A DNA stretch of 64,000 nt, taken from IMG/VR virus record IMGVR_UViG_3300050343_000218; one strand, written 5' to 3'. The notes beneath the pieces are model-generated. The model made no database searches. It was not told the DNA's origin and worked only from the letters and a program-made list of their open reading frames with translations. The translations under genes were made by a program, and so were the position numbers. Positions 27,911-37,171 of this stretch are shown in pieces. How positions within the stretch are numbered: the stretch's first letter is position 1; each line of letters opens with the position of its first letter. Source of the stretch: a virus.

Positions 27911-27939
27911 TTGACAGCCCTCTAAGATATCTGTATAAT
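27911..27939 (+). promoter_or_regulatory. Perfect sigma70 promoter TTGACA-N17-TATAAT on the plus strand, antisense to local genes
   Basis: TTGACA 27911-27916, 17-nt spacer, TATAAT 27934-27939. Confidence 0.75.
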
Positions 27940-27979
27940 AACAGTGTCGCTGTTGAGAAACACCAGAGCTTCTAAAGGG

Positions 27980-28387
27980 TTAGCTTCTATAGAGTTTTTC
28001 AAATTTGAATCTGTATTCATTGATCGTACCTATGTGACCCATATCAGCTGTTGGTTTGATCCTATTCGACATAGAGTTGCGGAATACCATAGAGATATTG
28101 TTCTCATAGAATTTCCCGATCGACTCGTTCGCTTCGGTCATCGTAATTATTCTATCAGTAGTTAGCAGAAAAAACTCATCTTGTTCCATAGCAGATTTCA
28201 TCCAGAGATCCAACTTGAATCCTTTGATCATATGACTTTCGTCTTTGCTGCTTGCTTCCACAACCATCATAGGATTTTGGAGCATCAAAACATTATCTTC
28301 TTCTGACCAAGCAACCCAAGAAATGAGCTCCTCACCAGTAGTCAATTTAAGTATTCCGATAAAAGGTTCTTCTAATGGATCTAACAT
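27980..28387 (-). CDS. Conserved T4-like hypothetical protein (uvsW-adjacent, Sm-like)
   Basis: FIGILKLTTGEELIS...WMKSA...IITMTE. Confidence 0.75.
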   Translation of the reverse strand: MLDPLEEPFIGILKLTTGEELISWVAWSEEDNVLMLQNPMMVVEASSKDESHMIKGFKLDLWMKSAMEQDEFFLLTTDRIITMTEANESIGKFYENNISMVFRNSMSNRIKPTADMGHIGTINEYRFKFEKLYRS

Positions 28388-28390
28388 AGG

Positions 28391-29848
28391 CTAAAATTTA
28401 GAACGTACTTTGATTACTTCGTAATCGAATTTTTCTTCCATATAGATTTTGACACGTTCTTCAAAATGTTTATAAGTAAAATTCTTCCACTCCCCCCGAG
28501 AGATATCATCAGCGATATCATATAGAGTGGCAACGTGTTTGTCTTTTGATTTTCTCAGCACTCGTCCAATGGATTGTAAGTTGCGAATACGCGACTTGGA
28601 CGGTGAAGCAAAAATAATATTGTGTAGCTTCTTTATGTTGATGCCAGTTGAGAATGTTCCGTAAGACGCAATGATAATTGCATCGCGTTCCGTTTCCGTA
28701 ATCCTACGAACTTCTTCTCGGTCTTCTACATCAACACCCCCGTGGACAAAGAACACTTTCCTATCCGTACTATTATTTATCAACTCGTATAAAGGTTCTC
28801 CGTGACGTTCTACGTAGTTGAATAGCACAAGACTATTGCCTGATGCATCCAAGCACAGATTTTTAATAAGCTTATTACGTTTGGGATGTGTAATCAAATA
28901 ATCAATCTCATCGTGGTACGTATCAAATATACTCCACTCGTGCTTAAGCAATAGACATTTTACTTTAAGCGGAGTAAGATACCCACCTTCCATTAACTCC
29001 TTAGTTTTGACTAGTTGCTCGCACGGTCCAAACAATCCTTCTAGGATCCACTGGTGTGTTTGAATACCGTCAAGTGTACCTGTAAAACCAATCCTATATT
29101 TTACATTATGACATTTAGTCATAATCTTTGTGAGAGACTTTGACTTAAACAAGTGAGCTTCGTCACCAATCACACAGTCAAACTTTTCAAACCATTTACG
29201 TGGTTCTTTGTAAATAGATTGCCAAGTTGTGATTACTACGTTAGACTCCTTATACTTATCCTGACCCGCGTAAATCTTGTGACAATGCTTGCTAGCATTC
29301 CAACCGTAATCTTCAAAGTCCTTGTACATCTGTTCTACCAAGCTTGTGGTAGGAACAATCAGCAAGACCTTGCGCTTCATAGCGACGTGGTATCTGGCAA
29401 TGCCATAGACCATCAAAGACTTACCACTGGCAGTCGGGGACAGCAGCAGTTTACGATTATATTTCAGAGCTTGGTATACACCTTCGATCTGATAGATCCT
29501 AGGTTCGAGTTTAGTAATGCCTTGCATAAAAGTACGAACACCAGACAGACTAACCTCTTGGTTCATCTCGTCAGGCATACCGAAGAACTTATTATCTTCG
29601 TACGAGATGGTGTATCGCATTGTTTTACACCAATGCAACAGGTGTTCAGTTAGTCCGCCATATATTTCTCCATTGCCAGGAGAGTATAGACGGATCTTTC
29701 CGTCCCATACTTTCTTCCTGTATAGAGGCATAAATTTTGCTTCGGGAACCTCAAAAGTAAAGTACTCGGAGAGCTCTCTATGAACGTGAGGTTCCGCTGT
29801 GATGACGTTATATACTTCGTTCTTTTTCTGGAGGTTAATGTCCGCCAC
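28391..29848 (-). CDS. uvsW: SF2 DNA helicase UvsW; GTG start at about 29848
   Basis: SPTASGKSL, IGDEAHLF, GFTGT, FSTGINIK, QSIGRVLR. Confidence 0.95.
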   Translation of the reverse strand: MADINLQKKNEVYNVITAEPHVHRELSEYFTFEVPEAKFMPLYRKKVWDGKIRLYSPGNGEIYGGLTEHLLHWCKTMRYTISYEDNKFFGMPDEMNQEVSLSGVRTFMQGITKLEPRIYQIEGVYQALKYNRKLLLSPTASGKSLMVYGIARYHVAMKRKVLLIVPTTSLVEQMYKDFEDYGWNASKHCHKIYAGQDKYKESNVVITTWQSIYKEPRKWFEKFDCVIGDEAHLFKSKSLTKIMTKCHNVKYRIGFTGTLDGIQTHQWILEGLFGPCEQLVKTKELMEGGYLTPLKVKCLLLKHEWSIFDTYHDEIDYLITHPKRNKLIKNLCLDASGNSLVLFNYVERHGEPLYELINNSTDRKVFFVHGGVDVEDREEVRRITETERDAIIIASYGTFSTGINIKKLHNIIFASPSKSRIRNLQSIGRVLRKSKDKHVATLYDIADDISRGEWKNFTYKHFEERVKIYMEEKFDYEVIKVRSKF

Positions 29849-30281
29849 TTCTAAATTTCTCCCACTCAATAGCATTTTTAATTTGATATTGACGAGTAGA
29901 GATTTGTTTAAGAACCGATTCTAAAAAGAACAAGATCATTTTGTAATACTCTATCTTTGCGGTGACCTTTGCTAGGTCTTGATCCGCATTAATAAACATC
30001 TCTACTTCGTCTTTAGTAGTCAACTTGAGATCGAACGGCACGTCCTTGTATGCTGTAGCAGGTGCCTTCTTTTTATAATACAACCACTTATCTTTGTACT
30101 GAAATTTGTATGCAAACTCCTGGTCAATTAATCTTGACTTGGTGTCGCAAAAAATTTCTAGATACTTAGAGTGTAGGTAGGGTGTTTCATTACAAGCTTT
30201 AAGAAAATCTGGGTAACCATCATTTCCTTCTAGGACAGCGGAATCATTCTTCCACATCTCCTTCAATTGGTCAAGGTTCAT
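29835..30281 (-). CDS. uvsY: Recombination mediator UvsY
   Basis: TPYLHSKYL...WLYY...LKQISTRQYQIKNAIEWEKF; position between gp3 and uvsW. Confidence 0.85.
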   Translation of the reverse strand: MNLDQLKEMWKNDSAVLEGNDGYPDFLKACNETPYLHSKYLEIFCDTKSRLIDQEFAYKFQYKDKWLYYKKKAPATAYKDVPFDLKLTTKDEVEMFINADQDLAKVTAKIEYYKMILFFLESVLKQISTRQYQIKNAIEWEKFRSGGH

Positions 30282-30792
30282 ACTTACGGGATTCTATATT
30301 CAAGAATTCATAGAAGGCGTACTTAAAAGTAACTGTGCCTACTAAGTATTCTACATCAGATGCTCCCACATTGAAAGGCAACGTAGAAAGTTGCGTGGGA
30401 AACAAACTGTCAAAATTAACAACGAAGTTAGCGTTGTAGTTATTTGTCAGCACGAAAAGCTGACCAGTACTGAACACTGCGTCATCGTCAGTGTCGGGTT
30501 CGTATGCGTTTGTAGTTTTAGTGATCCAGTTCCAGAGCGAAAGATAATTTTTTAGATCTTCGTCAATTAGGAACGAGAGTGTTAGGTCATCGAATCGGGT
30601 TCCTCCTCCAGAGGGTACCGCTAGCGGTCTGCGAGGAGTATCAAATTCTGTAACTTGAGCTGTTGTGCCAGGGATTGAAGCGCTTTGACATAAGAAATCA
30701 ACACCAGGAAAGATATCAAGTTTTAGCTTGAACCCAACAGGTGAAAGATAGTTTCTATTGTCTAGTTGTTTGACGTGCCAATCGGCAGGCAT
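30271..30792 (-). CDS. gp3: Tail completion / tail tube terminator protein
   Basis: NRNYLSPVGFKL...DFLCQSASIPG...FLIDEDLKNY; late promoter at 30817-30823. Confidence 0.85.
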   Translation of the reverse strand: MPADWHVKQLDNRNYLSPVGFKLKLDIFPGVDFLCQSASIPGTTAQVTEFDTPRRPLAVPSGGGTRFDDLTLSFLIDEDLKNYLSLWNWITKTTNAYEPDTDDDAVFSTGQLFVLTNNYNANFVVNFDSLFPTQLSTLPFNVGASDVEYLVGTVTFKYAFYEFLNIESRKYEP

Positions 30793-30823
30793 AACAATTC
30801 TCTGTCACTACTACTGTATTTAG

Positions 30824-31003
30824 TTACTTATTCAGAACCCAGTTTTCAGCAAACTCGTCTGCTTCTACCTCCCTATCAAATATTTTTTTCTCTAAAGTTT
30901 TTTCTAGAGTCTGTGTACATAGGACTTCAAATCCATTCCTGTTGTAAGTCACTATTGCGTGACGGTCTCCTTCGGGTGAGAAGAAATTCGAGAGGGTGAG
31001 CAT
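30824..31003 (-). CDS. Small hypothetical protein (start revised to 31003)
   Basis: MLTLSNFFSPEGDRHAIV...EADEFAENWVLNK; TATAAT at 31028-31033 upstream. Confidence 0.6.
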   Translation of the reverse strand: MLTLSNFFSPEGDRHAIVTYNRNGFEVLCTQTLEKTLEKKIFDREVEADEFAENWVLNK

Positions 31004-31038
31004 AGGGATATAATAAGACCCATAATAATTATACTCAT

Positions 31039-31061
31039 AAAAAAGGACCCTGCACGGGTCC
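31039..31061 (-). terminator. Rho-independent terminator
   Basis: GGACCC-GTGCA-GGGTCC followed by T6. Confidence 0.8.
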
Positions 31062-31066
31062 ATAAG

Positions 31067-31246
31067 TTACGTTAGAATTTCCCTACATATTCGTTTGCAA
31101 TGCGGCGTGTCTCCTGCGCATTCAATTAAACATTCAAAGTAATCATTTAGTACCTCTACGTTTTCATCTTTGATATCTGCCAGACTGATTGTAGATGCGA
31201 AATGCTTCCATTCGTCTAGCTGACCGCGTGAAATAATGTTATGCAT
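31067..31246 (-). CDS. Small cysteine-motif protein (59 aa; not in ORF track)
   Basis: MHNIISRGQLDEWKHF...DYFECLIECAGDTPHCKRICREILT; own late promoter ATAAATA at 31314-31320, AAAGGT SD and own terminator. Confidence 0.75.
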   Translation of the reverse strand: MHNIISRGQLDEWKHFASTISLADIKDENVEVLNDYFECLIECAGDTPHCKRICREILT

Positions 31247-31354
31247 AAGTTACCTTTTTAGTACGTCATAATGAAGTAGGTTTCATCTCATAAGTTTAAC
31301 TCGTTATCTGCAGTATTTATGTCAGGGATGCCTGATATAGATAATTATTTACAT

Positions 31355-31382
31355 AAAAAAAGACCCCCCGTGAGGGAGGTCT
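31355..31382 (-). terminator. Rho-independent terminator after gp23
   Basis: AGACCTCCC-TCAC-GGGGGGTCT followed by a T run. Confidence 0.85.
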
Positions 31383-31422
31383 GAAAGGACAGTCGGGGCA
31401 ACCTGCCCCGCAACATCCTGGA

Positions 31423-32847
31423 TCACATAAGGTTGCGAACAAGTACACGTCTGTAGTACTGGTTGCGTCCCTTGCCGTTCGTACCAAGAAGATCTTCGCC
31501 CACAGCAGAACCGTCTGCTTTGAACACGAAGGGGTTGGCGACCATACCGTAGCGGGTCTTGAAGCCAATCTTGGGTTGGAAGGATCCCTGATCCACAGCG
31601 CGGACCATCTGGAGGGGCACATATGGGCAGTAGAAGAGTCCTGCGTCATATGCACTGCTACCCTTGTAACCAGCCACGTAGTAGTGGTCGTTAGCCAGGT
31701 TTGCAGAATAAGGATCCACATACACTTTCACGCCACCGTTGAGAGTACCAACGAAGGTGTTACCAGTGTCATCGGGGAGACCGTTGGTTGACAGTGCAGG
31801 GGTGTAATCCAGCACGCCAGCCATATTCAGAGCGGAAGCAACATCAGCAGAGCAGAGGATGAAGTTGCCCTTCCCTCTACGAGTTTGCTGTGCAATAGCG
31901 TTGGCGTCACGCTCGATCTGATAGATCAGACCTTTGAACTTCTCAACACTCCAACGTCCGTTGGAATCAGTGTCAAGGTTGAAGATGCCAGCGTTAGCAA
32001 CGTTGTTCTGAGCACCGACCTTTGCCTGCATATACACAGTACGGATCACTTCACGGTTGATCTCAGCCAAGATCTCAGAAGAGAGGATGTTGGCGAGTTC
32101 CGTTTCAGCATCCAGACCGTGGATTGCCTTAAGGTCTTGAGCAAGCTCAAGGGTGTACTCTGCTTTCAGAGCGCGTGATTTGGCGGTAACAGACACCTTG
32201 TCGATGCTGAATGCCATCTCGCGGAAGTCAGGTGAACCAGAGGTTCCCAGTGCTTCCAGGTAGTCACGTGAAGCGCCTTGAGCGTTCTCGTAACGCACGT
32301 CGCCAGAAGCGTACGTGGTGCTATCATTGAGGATAGCGGGGTTGTCGCCTTCAGCGTCGTTGTTAGCAGAAGCAGCTTGGTTAGAACCATCGCCACCGTT
32401 ACCAGGACCAACGTAACCAGCGGTAGGATCGTAACCGCTGCCACCCTCGGCAGAGAAACCAGGGTTAGGCTCGTTGAACAATGCTTCAGCGCCACTACGA
32501 TCGTTGTAGTGGGACTTCATTGCGAAGATGAGTCCAGTAGGACCGCTCATTGGTTGAACGCCACACACGTCATATGCGACGAGGTTAGGCATTGCGCGGC
32601 GCATCAAGCTGATCAGGATTGGATCGAATCCAGCCAGACCTGAGGAACCGTGAGAATTTTTAAGACCGTCAGCACCAACTGAGTTGATAGGTGCGGCTTC
32701 GTTTAGGAGAGCAGACTCGTTAAGGCAGCGCTCTTGGTTTTCGAGGAGTTGAGCAGTGACTTGACGACGGTGACCATCCTTAATAGGACTGTGATCGCCG
32801 TGGTCAAGAACAGGTGCCCACTTTTCCTGCAACTGATGGGTATCCAT
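31423..32847 (-). CDS. gp23: Major capsid protein
   Basis: KWAPVL, RRAMPNLVAYDVCGVQPMSGPTGLIFAM, KSRALKAEYTLELAQDLKAIHGLDAE, FQPKIGFKTRYG. Confidence 0.98.
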   Translation of the reverse strand: MDTHQLQEKWAPVLDHGDHSPIKDGHRRQVTAQLLENQERCLNESALLNEAAPINSVGADGLKNSHGSSGLAGFDPILISLMRRAMPNLVAYDVCGVQPMSGPTGLIFAMKSHYNDRSGAEALFNEPNPGFSAEGGSGYDPTAGYVGPGNGGDGSNQAASANNDAEGDNPAILNDSTTYASGDVRYENAQGASRDYLEALGTSGSPDFREMAFSIDKVSVTAKSRALKAEYTLELAQDLKAIHGLDAETELANILSSEILAEINREVIRTVYMQAKVGAQNNVANAGIFNLDTDSNGRWSVEKFKGLIYQIERDANAIAQQTRRGKGNFILCSADVASALNMAGVLDYTPALSTNGLPDDTGNTFVGTLNGGVKVYVDPYSANLANDHYYVAGYKGSSAYDAGLFYCPYVPLQMVRAVDQGSFQPKIGFKTRYGMVANPFVFKADGSAVGEDLLGTNGKGRNQYYRRVLVRNLM

Positions 32848-32890
32848 TTGTTTGGGAAATTTGAGTTAACGTTTTTTATAATTTAATGAA

Positions 32891-33979
32891 TCACTTTTTG
32901 CCGAGTGCTTTCACATACGCCGCCATAGCGGGGTTAGCGAAGCTCTCAGTCAAACCTTCGACAGGTGTCTCAGTTTGCTCAGTGGCAATAGACTTGCCTT
33001 CAGAGAAGTAAGAACCTTTGATGGTGTTGAGTTTTTCTCTATATGTCTCTTCGTCCTTGAAAGAAACAGCTTCCGCGAGGGCAGCAAATTTTTCTTTCTG
33101 GGTGTCGGTGAGACCTTCACTCATTTCGGCAACAATGCCTTCACGAGAGAATTCAGAGATGCGATTAGACAGTTTCACATTCGCGTCAATTTGTTCGTTG
33201 AGGCGATCTTCCATTTCACGAAGGGAGACGTTCATTGATTCAAGAACATCTTCTTTGCCCTCAGGCACATCAATATAATGGTCATCGAAGAGGGACTTGA
33301 GTCCACCAATAAAGGACTCGGTGAGTTCCACCTTCAAACCATTGTCGATAGCAACTTGGTTCTCTTCGAGCCAACGCTCGGAAGTATACTTAAGCATACC
33401 ATCGACTTCTTCTGCCAAGGAAGCACGAACTTTTTCGACTTCCTCGGCAAGCTTGGTGTTGTACTGTGCTTCCAGTTCCTCTACAATAGAACCAATCTTT
33501 GTTTTAACTGCTGCTTCAAAGATGGTTGCTGCTTTTGAGAGAAACTTCTCAGACAGTTGTTCGCCTTCTGCGAGTGCTGCAACGTCAGCACTGAGGTCAA
33601 CTTCGATGTCCTCACGACGGGTGCCATAGGCAATTCCCTGATCCAGTTTTGGTTCAGAACCGTCTGGCAGATCAGTACCGTCACTACGTGTCTGACCATC
33701 TTTAGCAGCACCCAAGGTTGCATTGTCCTTGAGTTTGTTGCTATCGTCAGTAGACTTATTGTTAGTGGGGGTAGGACCACCTAGATCCTGAATTGCCTGA
33801 CCAGGCACCAGGGATGGATCGAGTTTTCCAGGAGTTTGATCACCAGCTTCTGCCTTGGCATTCACTGCAGTTTTCGACTGAGTGGATGGTGCAGCGGGCT
33901 CCGAGCCAGGCACAGTGCTACTGGGAAGTTGCATTTCTGCAACCATCTCCTCAAATTTTTCGTTAATCAATTGGGACAT
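32891..33979 (-). CDS. gp22: Prohead core scaffold protein
   Basis: LSEKFLSKAATIFEAAV...WLEENQVAI...GLTDTQKEKF; TATAAATA at 34025-34032. Confidence 0.9.
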   Translation of the reverse strand: MSQLINEKFEEMVAEMQLPSSTVPGSEPAAPSTQSKTAVNAKAEAGDQTPGKLDPSLVPGQAIQDLGGPTPTNNKSTDDSNKLKDNATLGAAKDGQTRSDGTDLPDGSEPKLDQGIAYGTRREDIEVDLSADVAALAEGEQLSEKFLSKAATIFEAAVKTKIGSIVEELEAQYNTKLAEEVEKVRASLAEEVDGMLKYTSERWLEENQVAIDNGLKVELTESFIGGLKSLFDDHYIDVPEGKEDVLESMNVSLREMEDRLNEQIDANVKLSNRISEFSREGIVAEMSEGLTDTQKEKFAALAEAVSFKDEETYREKLNTIKGSYFSEGKSIATEQTETPVEGLTESFANPAMAAYVKALGKK

Positions 33980-34024
33980 CGGGAGTTAACCTCTAAGCTT
34001 TTTATACTGTTGTATGTCTAGATT

Positions 34025-34032
34025 TATTTATA
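34025..34032 (-). promoter_or_regulatory. T4-type late promoter TATAAATA (gp22/gp23)
   Basis: Exact consensus between gp21 and gp22. Confidence 0.75.
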
Positions 34033-34034
34033 AA

Positions 34035-34679
34035 TTAAAGAGTGTTCAAGAAATCGTGAAACACTCTGAGTTTCCGCGTTTCTAATTCGCGGCGCTCACT
34101 CTCAGAAATGAACTTCTGATATTTAGCAACTTTTGACTCGTGAATGGCACCGTTATTCCAGACCCATTCTTTACCTTCCATAATTCCATTGACGAAAGCA
34201 TCAGGTGCGGAAGGATCGGCAACAATGTCAGCAGCGGTTGCTAACATAAAGTCGTCTTTAACGTAAGAAGTATTCTCACGACGGTCAACGGAACCAAGAC
34301 CCCTAGATGACACGCCTAGTTTTACGCCTTCATCTAAAAGATTTCTTGCAATATTGCCCATAGGCGTATTCAAGATCTTTGCTTTACCAATAAAATTATT
34401 GCCTTCTCTCTTGAGAGAAACGATGCGATGCGATACGCGATCAAGATTAATGGTGGGACCATCTGGGTGACCTAGTTCACCAACAGCACGATTAGCTTGT
34501 ACGTGCTCAGTGACATACTTATTCACTTCGCGCTCAAGAACGTTCATAGGATAGACCCTATTGTTACGGTTCTTAAGTTCCGCTTGAAGGAAGACACCTT
34601 CGATGTAATGATTTTTCTTACCATTAGATTCCTCTATGATAAGATTAACCTCTTCAATCGTTTCCGTTATTAGTTTCAT
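34035..34679 (-). CDS. gp21: Prohead protease (start revised to 34679)
   Basis: MKLITE, YIEGVFLQ, GELGHP, GVSSRGLGS, ADPSAPDAFV. Confidence 0.95.
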   Translation of the reverse strand: MKLITETIEEVNLIIEESNGKKNHYIEGVFLQAELKNRNNRVYPMNVLEREVNKYVTEHVQANRAVGELGHPDGPTINLDRVSHRIVSLKREGNNFIGKAKILNTPMGNIARNLLDEGVKLGVSSRGLGSVDRRENTSYVKDDFMLATAADIVADPSAPDAFVNGIMEGKEWVWNNGAIHESKVAKYQKFISESERRELETRKLRVFHDFLNTL

Positions 34680-34884
34680 CTGTTGTGGGTTCAGCAGTTG
34701 CTTCTGGTTCTGCGCCGACATCACCAAAATAAGATTTGGCAATGACATCTGCATATGTGTCTAATGTCTCTGCGGATTTACCATAGAGCATTTGGTTAAT
34801 CGCATCTACAGCTGCAGCGCGGTTGCCATCAGCAATAGCATCAACTGCCGCTCGTGCGGAAGCTTCGGGAGTCGTGTTTTCCAT
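34654..34884 (-). CDS. Small acidic protein between portal and protease (prohead core protein candidate)
   Basis: Position equivalent to T4 gp67/gp68; CTAAATA at 34907-34913. Confidence 0.55.
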   Translation of the reverse strand: MENTTPEASARAAVDAIADGNRAAAVDAINQMLYGKSAETLDTYADVIAKSYFGDVGAEPEATAEPTTDETNNGND

Positions 34885-34909
34885 TATTAAGAGACCAGAA
34901 TAATATTAT

Positions 34910-36502
34910 TTAGCTATCTAAGTCGCTAGAACTTGCGCTTCCTAGATCAGGTTGGTTTTCGGGGAGTACTGCATCGATAGGAACAACGCTAGGAATGATA
35001 CCAGCTGCTCTCTCTGCTTTGATCTGAGTTTCAATTTCTTTCCGTTCTTGATCACTCTGCTGAAGTACTTGCTTTTTGATGTACTCAGCTGAGAAGTAAC
35101 GTCCCAGGTATGGTTCCATCTTGACAGCAAGATCCATACGATTGTTGTTAAGTTCCGCGTCTTTTAGTTCTTGGAAATGATTATCGAATAGGAAATCATA
35201 TTGAATATGCTCACGCATATCCTCCCACTCTTCTACACTGATAACTCGCTTGAGAACAAGCTGAGTCTTCAGAAGATCATCAAATAGAACAGAAAACTTT
35301 TTGCGGAGACGACCAACAAACTTACCAAACTTAAGTTCATCACGGAGAATTTCATTGCTTCTTCCGAGACTAAATCCTTTTTCGCCATCCAATCTACTTG
35401 GTGGTAAGTTGAGTGACTTGAATAATTTCGTTCTGAAATATTCTACATCCTTGAGTTCACCAAGGTTTTGCCCGCCAGGAAGGGTGGAGATTTCGGTACC
35501 GCGCCCTCCCTCGCGGCGTGGAAGCCAGAAGTCTTCCAGCATAGACATATGCTTTTTGTCATCGCGAATCTCACCCGTGTTAGCATCATATACCAGCTTA
35601 TTGCGATACCGATTCATTACATCGCGAAGGTATTGTTCTGCCTTAACTTTGGGCAGGTTACCAACATCGATGTAAAAAATTCTGCGCTCAGGTGCTCTAC
35701 TCAAACGGTAGATAACCAAAGCATCTTCAATCATTCTCAACTGGTTAAGAGATTTGATTGCCTTGTGTAGGAATGAAAGACCAATCTTTTGATTGAGATC
35801 CATCAGTCCTGAATTGGTGTGAGCAATAGCATCCATCGCGATGCGGATACCTTTTTGCTCAGGTCCATTCATATTCAGGAAACCTTTTGGGTTATAGATG
35901 TAATACTCATCGTGGTTTCCAAAATCATAATCAAGAGCAGACGGTTCAGATCCACCATTAGCACGTCGTGCTGCGTTGGGATCCTTATCGTTCTTTCTGA
36001 TCTCGCGCACTCTCTTGATCTTTAGGGGATCAATATAGCGAAGTTCGGTGATACCGAGTTTAGGACTATTGAGATCGATTACTTTGTGGTAGTGAAGTCT
36101 TCCATCAATATACCATCGACGAAAAATTTCGTGGGATTTACGATCAAAATCAAGCAGACGCTTGACGTTCTCGAATTCCTCACGAATTTTTGTCTTGATA
36201 TTATCTCCAACTTCAAGGTTAGACAATTCGATCTGAACTGGAGTATCATCCAGATCGGAAATGATAGCTTCATTCACCACTTCATCGATAGCAGTATCGA
36301 CTTCTGGGTGAAGTGCCATATCACGATAGCGGCGAATCAGCTCGTATTCATTACGAGACGATGCGCCGCCATCTAGGTCTACATATTGCCCAAAGTAACC
36401 ACCAGCAATTGTGGTGATACTATCATCCTGTGATGGAGGGATCGGGGACTGACCCTTCGGTCCCTCCTTTCTCTTAATAGAGAATCCAAATAATTGAGCC
36501 AT
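34910..36502 (-). CDS. gp20: Portal vertex protein
   Basis: MAQLFGFSI, YRDMALHPEVD, YRLSRAPERRIFYIDVGNLPK, EDFWLPRREGGRGTEI. Confidence 0.98.
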   Translation of the reverse strand: MAQLFGFSIKRKEGPKGQSPIPPSQDDSITTIAGGYFGQYVDLDGGASSRNEYELIRRYRDMALHPEVDTAIDEVVNEAIISDLDDTPVQIELSNLEVGDNIKTKIREEFENVKRLLDFDRKSHEIFRRWYIDGRLHYHKVIDLNSPKLGITELRYIDPLKIKRVREIRKNDKDPNAARRANGGSEPSALDYDFGNHDEYYIYNPKGFLNMNGPEQKGIRIAMDAIAHTNSGLMDLNQKIGLSFLHKAIKSLNQLRMIEDALVIYRLSRAPERRIFYIDVGNLPKVKAEQYLRDVMNRYRNKLVYDANTGEIRDDKKHMSMLEDFWLPRREGGRGTEISTLPGGQNLGELKDVEYFRTKLFKSLNLPPSRLDGEKGFSLGRSNEILRDELKFGKFVGRLRKKFSVLFDDLLKTQLVLKRVISVEEWEDMREHIQYDFLFDNHFQELKDAELNNNRMDLAVKMEPYLGRYFSAEYIKKQVLQQSDQERKEIETQIKAERAAGIIPSVVPIDAVLPENQPDLGSASSSDLDS

Positions 36503-36512
36503 TATATTATGG

Positions 36513-36539
36513 AAAAATACCTAATACTAAGGTATTTAT
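36513..36539 (-). promoter_or_regulatory. Late promoter ATAAATA in the 5' arm of an AT-rich terminator-like hairpin upstream of gp20
   Basis: ATAAATACCT-TAGTATT-AGGTATTTTT. Confidence 0.55.
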
Positions 36540-36543
36540 GCGA

Positions 36544-37128
36544 TCAACTAATCTGGTTGTTGAACTCAGGGCCGTTGTCGCCAGCAGTCCAGTACTGAAC
36601 TTGGAACTCAACGGTGAACTCTTCGATCTGATCATTGCTGTCATAAGCAAGATCGATCTGGGAGATCTGAGTAGGGAAACAACCCCACATCTTGTAGGTT
36701 CTGATCTTGTCGGACTCTTTACCAGAGCGACCCAACTGATGAACAATCAGGTTCTTGGTGTATCCTTCGGAACCACCACGTGGAAGGGTGAGATCAGCTA
36801 CGTTATCTTCGTGTGCGTTGATGTTCTGAATCCACTCTTCAAACAACTGACGAAGTGCGAAGTCAGTATCGTTGAACAGGGTGATACTCCAGGTGTCGAA
36901 AGTTCTGTCACCAGCAACCTTCACGACGCGCCCACGGAAAGGAACGTCGATAACACCAATGTTTGATGCAGGAAGAGCAGCAGACTTGCACAAGAAAGAA
37001 GCTAGTTCTTTATCAGGAGAGGATGCTCCCAACCCAGTGGGCCAATCAAGATTGACACGGAATAGATTGGGTTTTACACCACTTTTTACTTTTGAAAGGA
37101 AGTCCTTTACGTTACTTGAGACTGGCAT
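36544..37128 (-). CDS. gp19: Tail tube protein
   Basis: KPNLFRV, FLCKSAALPAS, PFRGRVVKVAGDRTFDTW, IEEFTVEFQVQYW. Confidence 0.96.
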   Translation of the reverse strand: MPVSSNVKDFLSKVKSGVKPNLFRVNLDWPTGLGASSPDKELASFLCKSAALPASNIGVIDVPFRGRVVKVAGDRTFDTWSITLFNDTDFALRQLFEEWIQNINAHEDNVADLTLPRGGSEGYTKNLIVHQLGRSGKESDKIRTYKMWGCFPTQISQIDLAYDSNDQIEEFTVEFQVQYWTAGDNGPEFNNQIS

Positions 37129-37171
37129 TGGTTTTTATACCTCTATGAATTTATTTAGAAAGAAAATTTGA

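Noticed and set aside
27944-28165. Plus-strand 73-aa ORF downstream of the antisense sigma70 promoter
   Set aside because: Its GTG lies at or before the expected TSS, there is no SD, and it overlaps a conserved gene antisense. A non-coding antisense transcript is more plausible.
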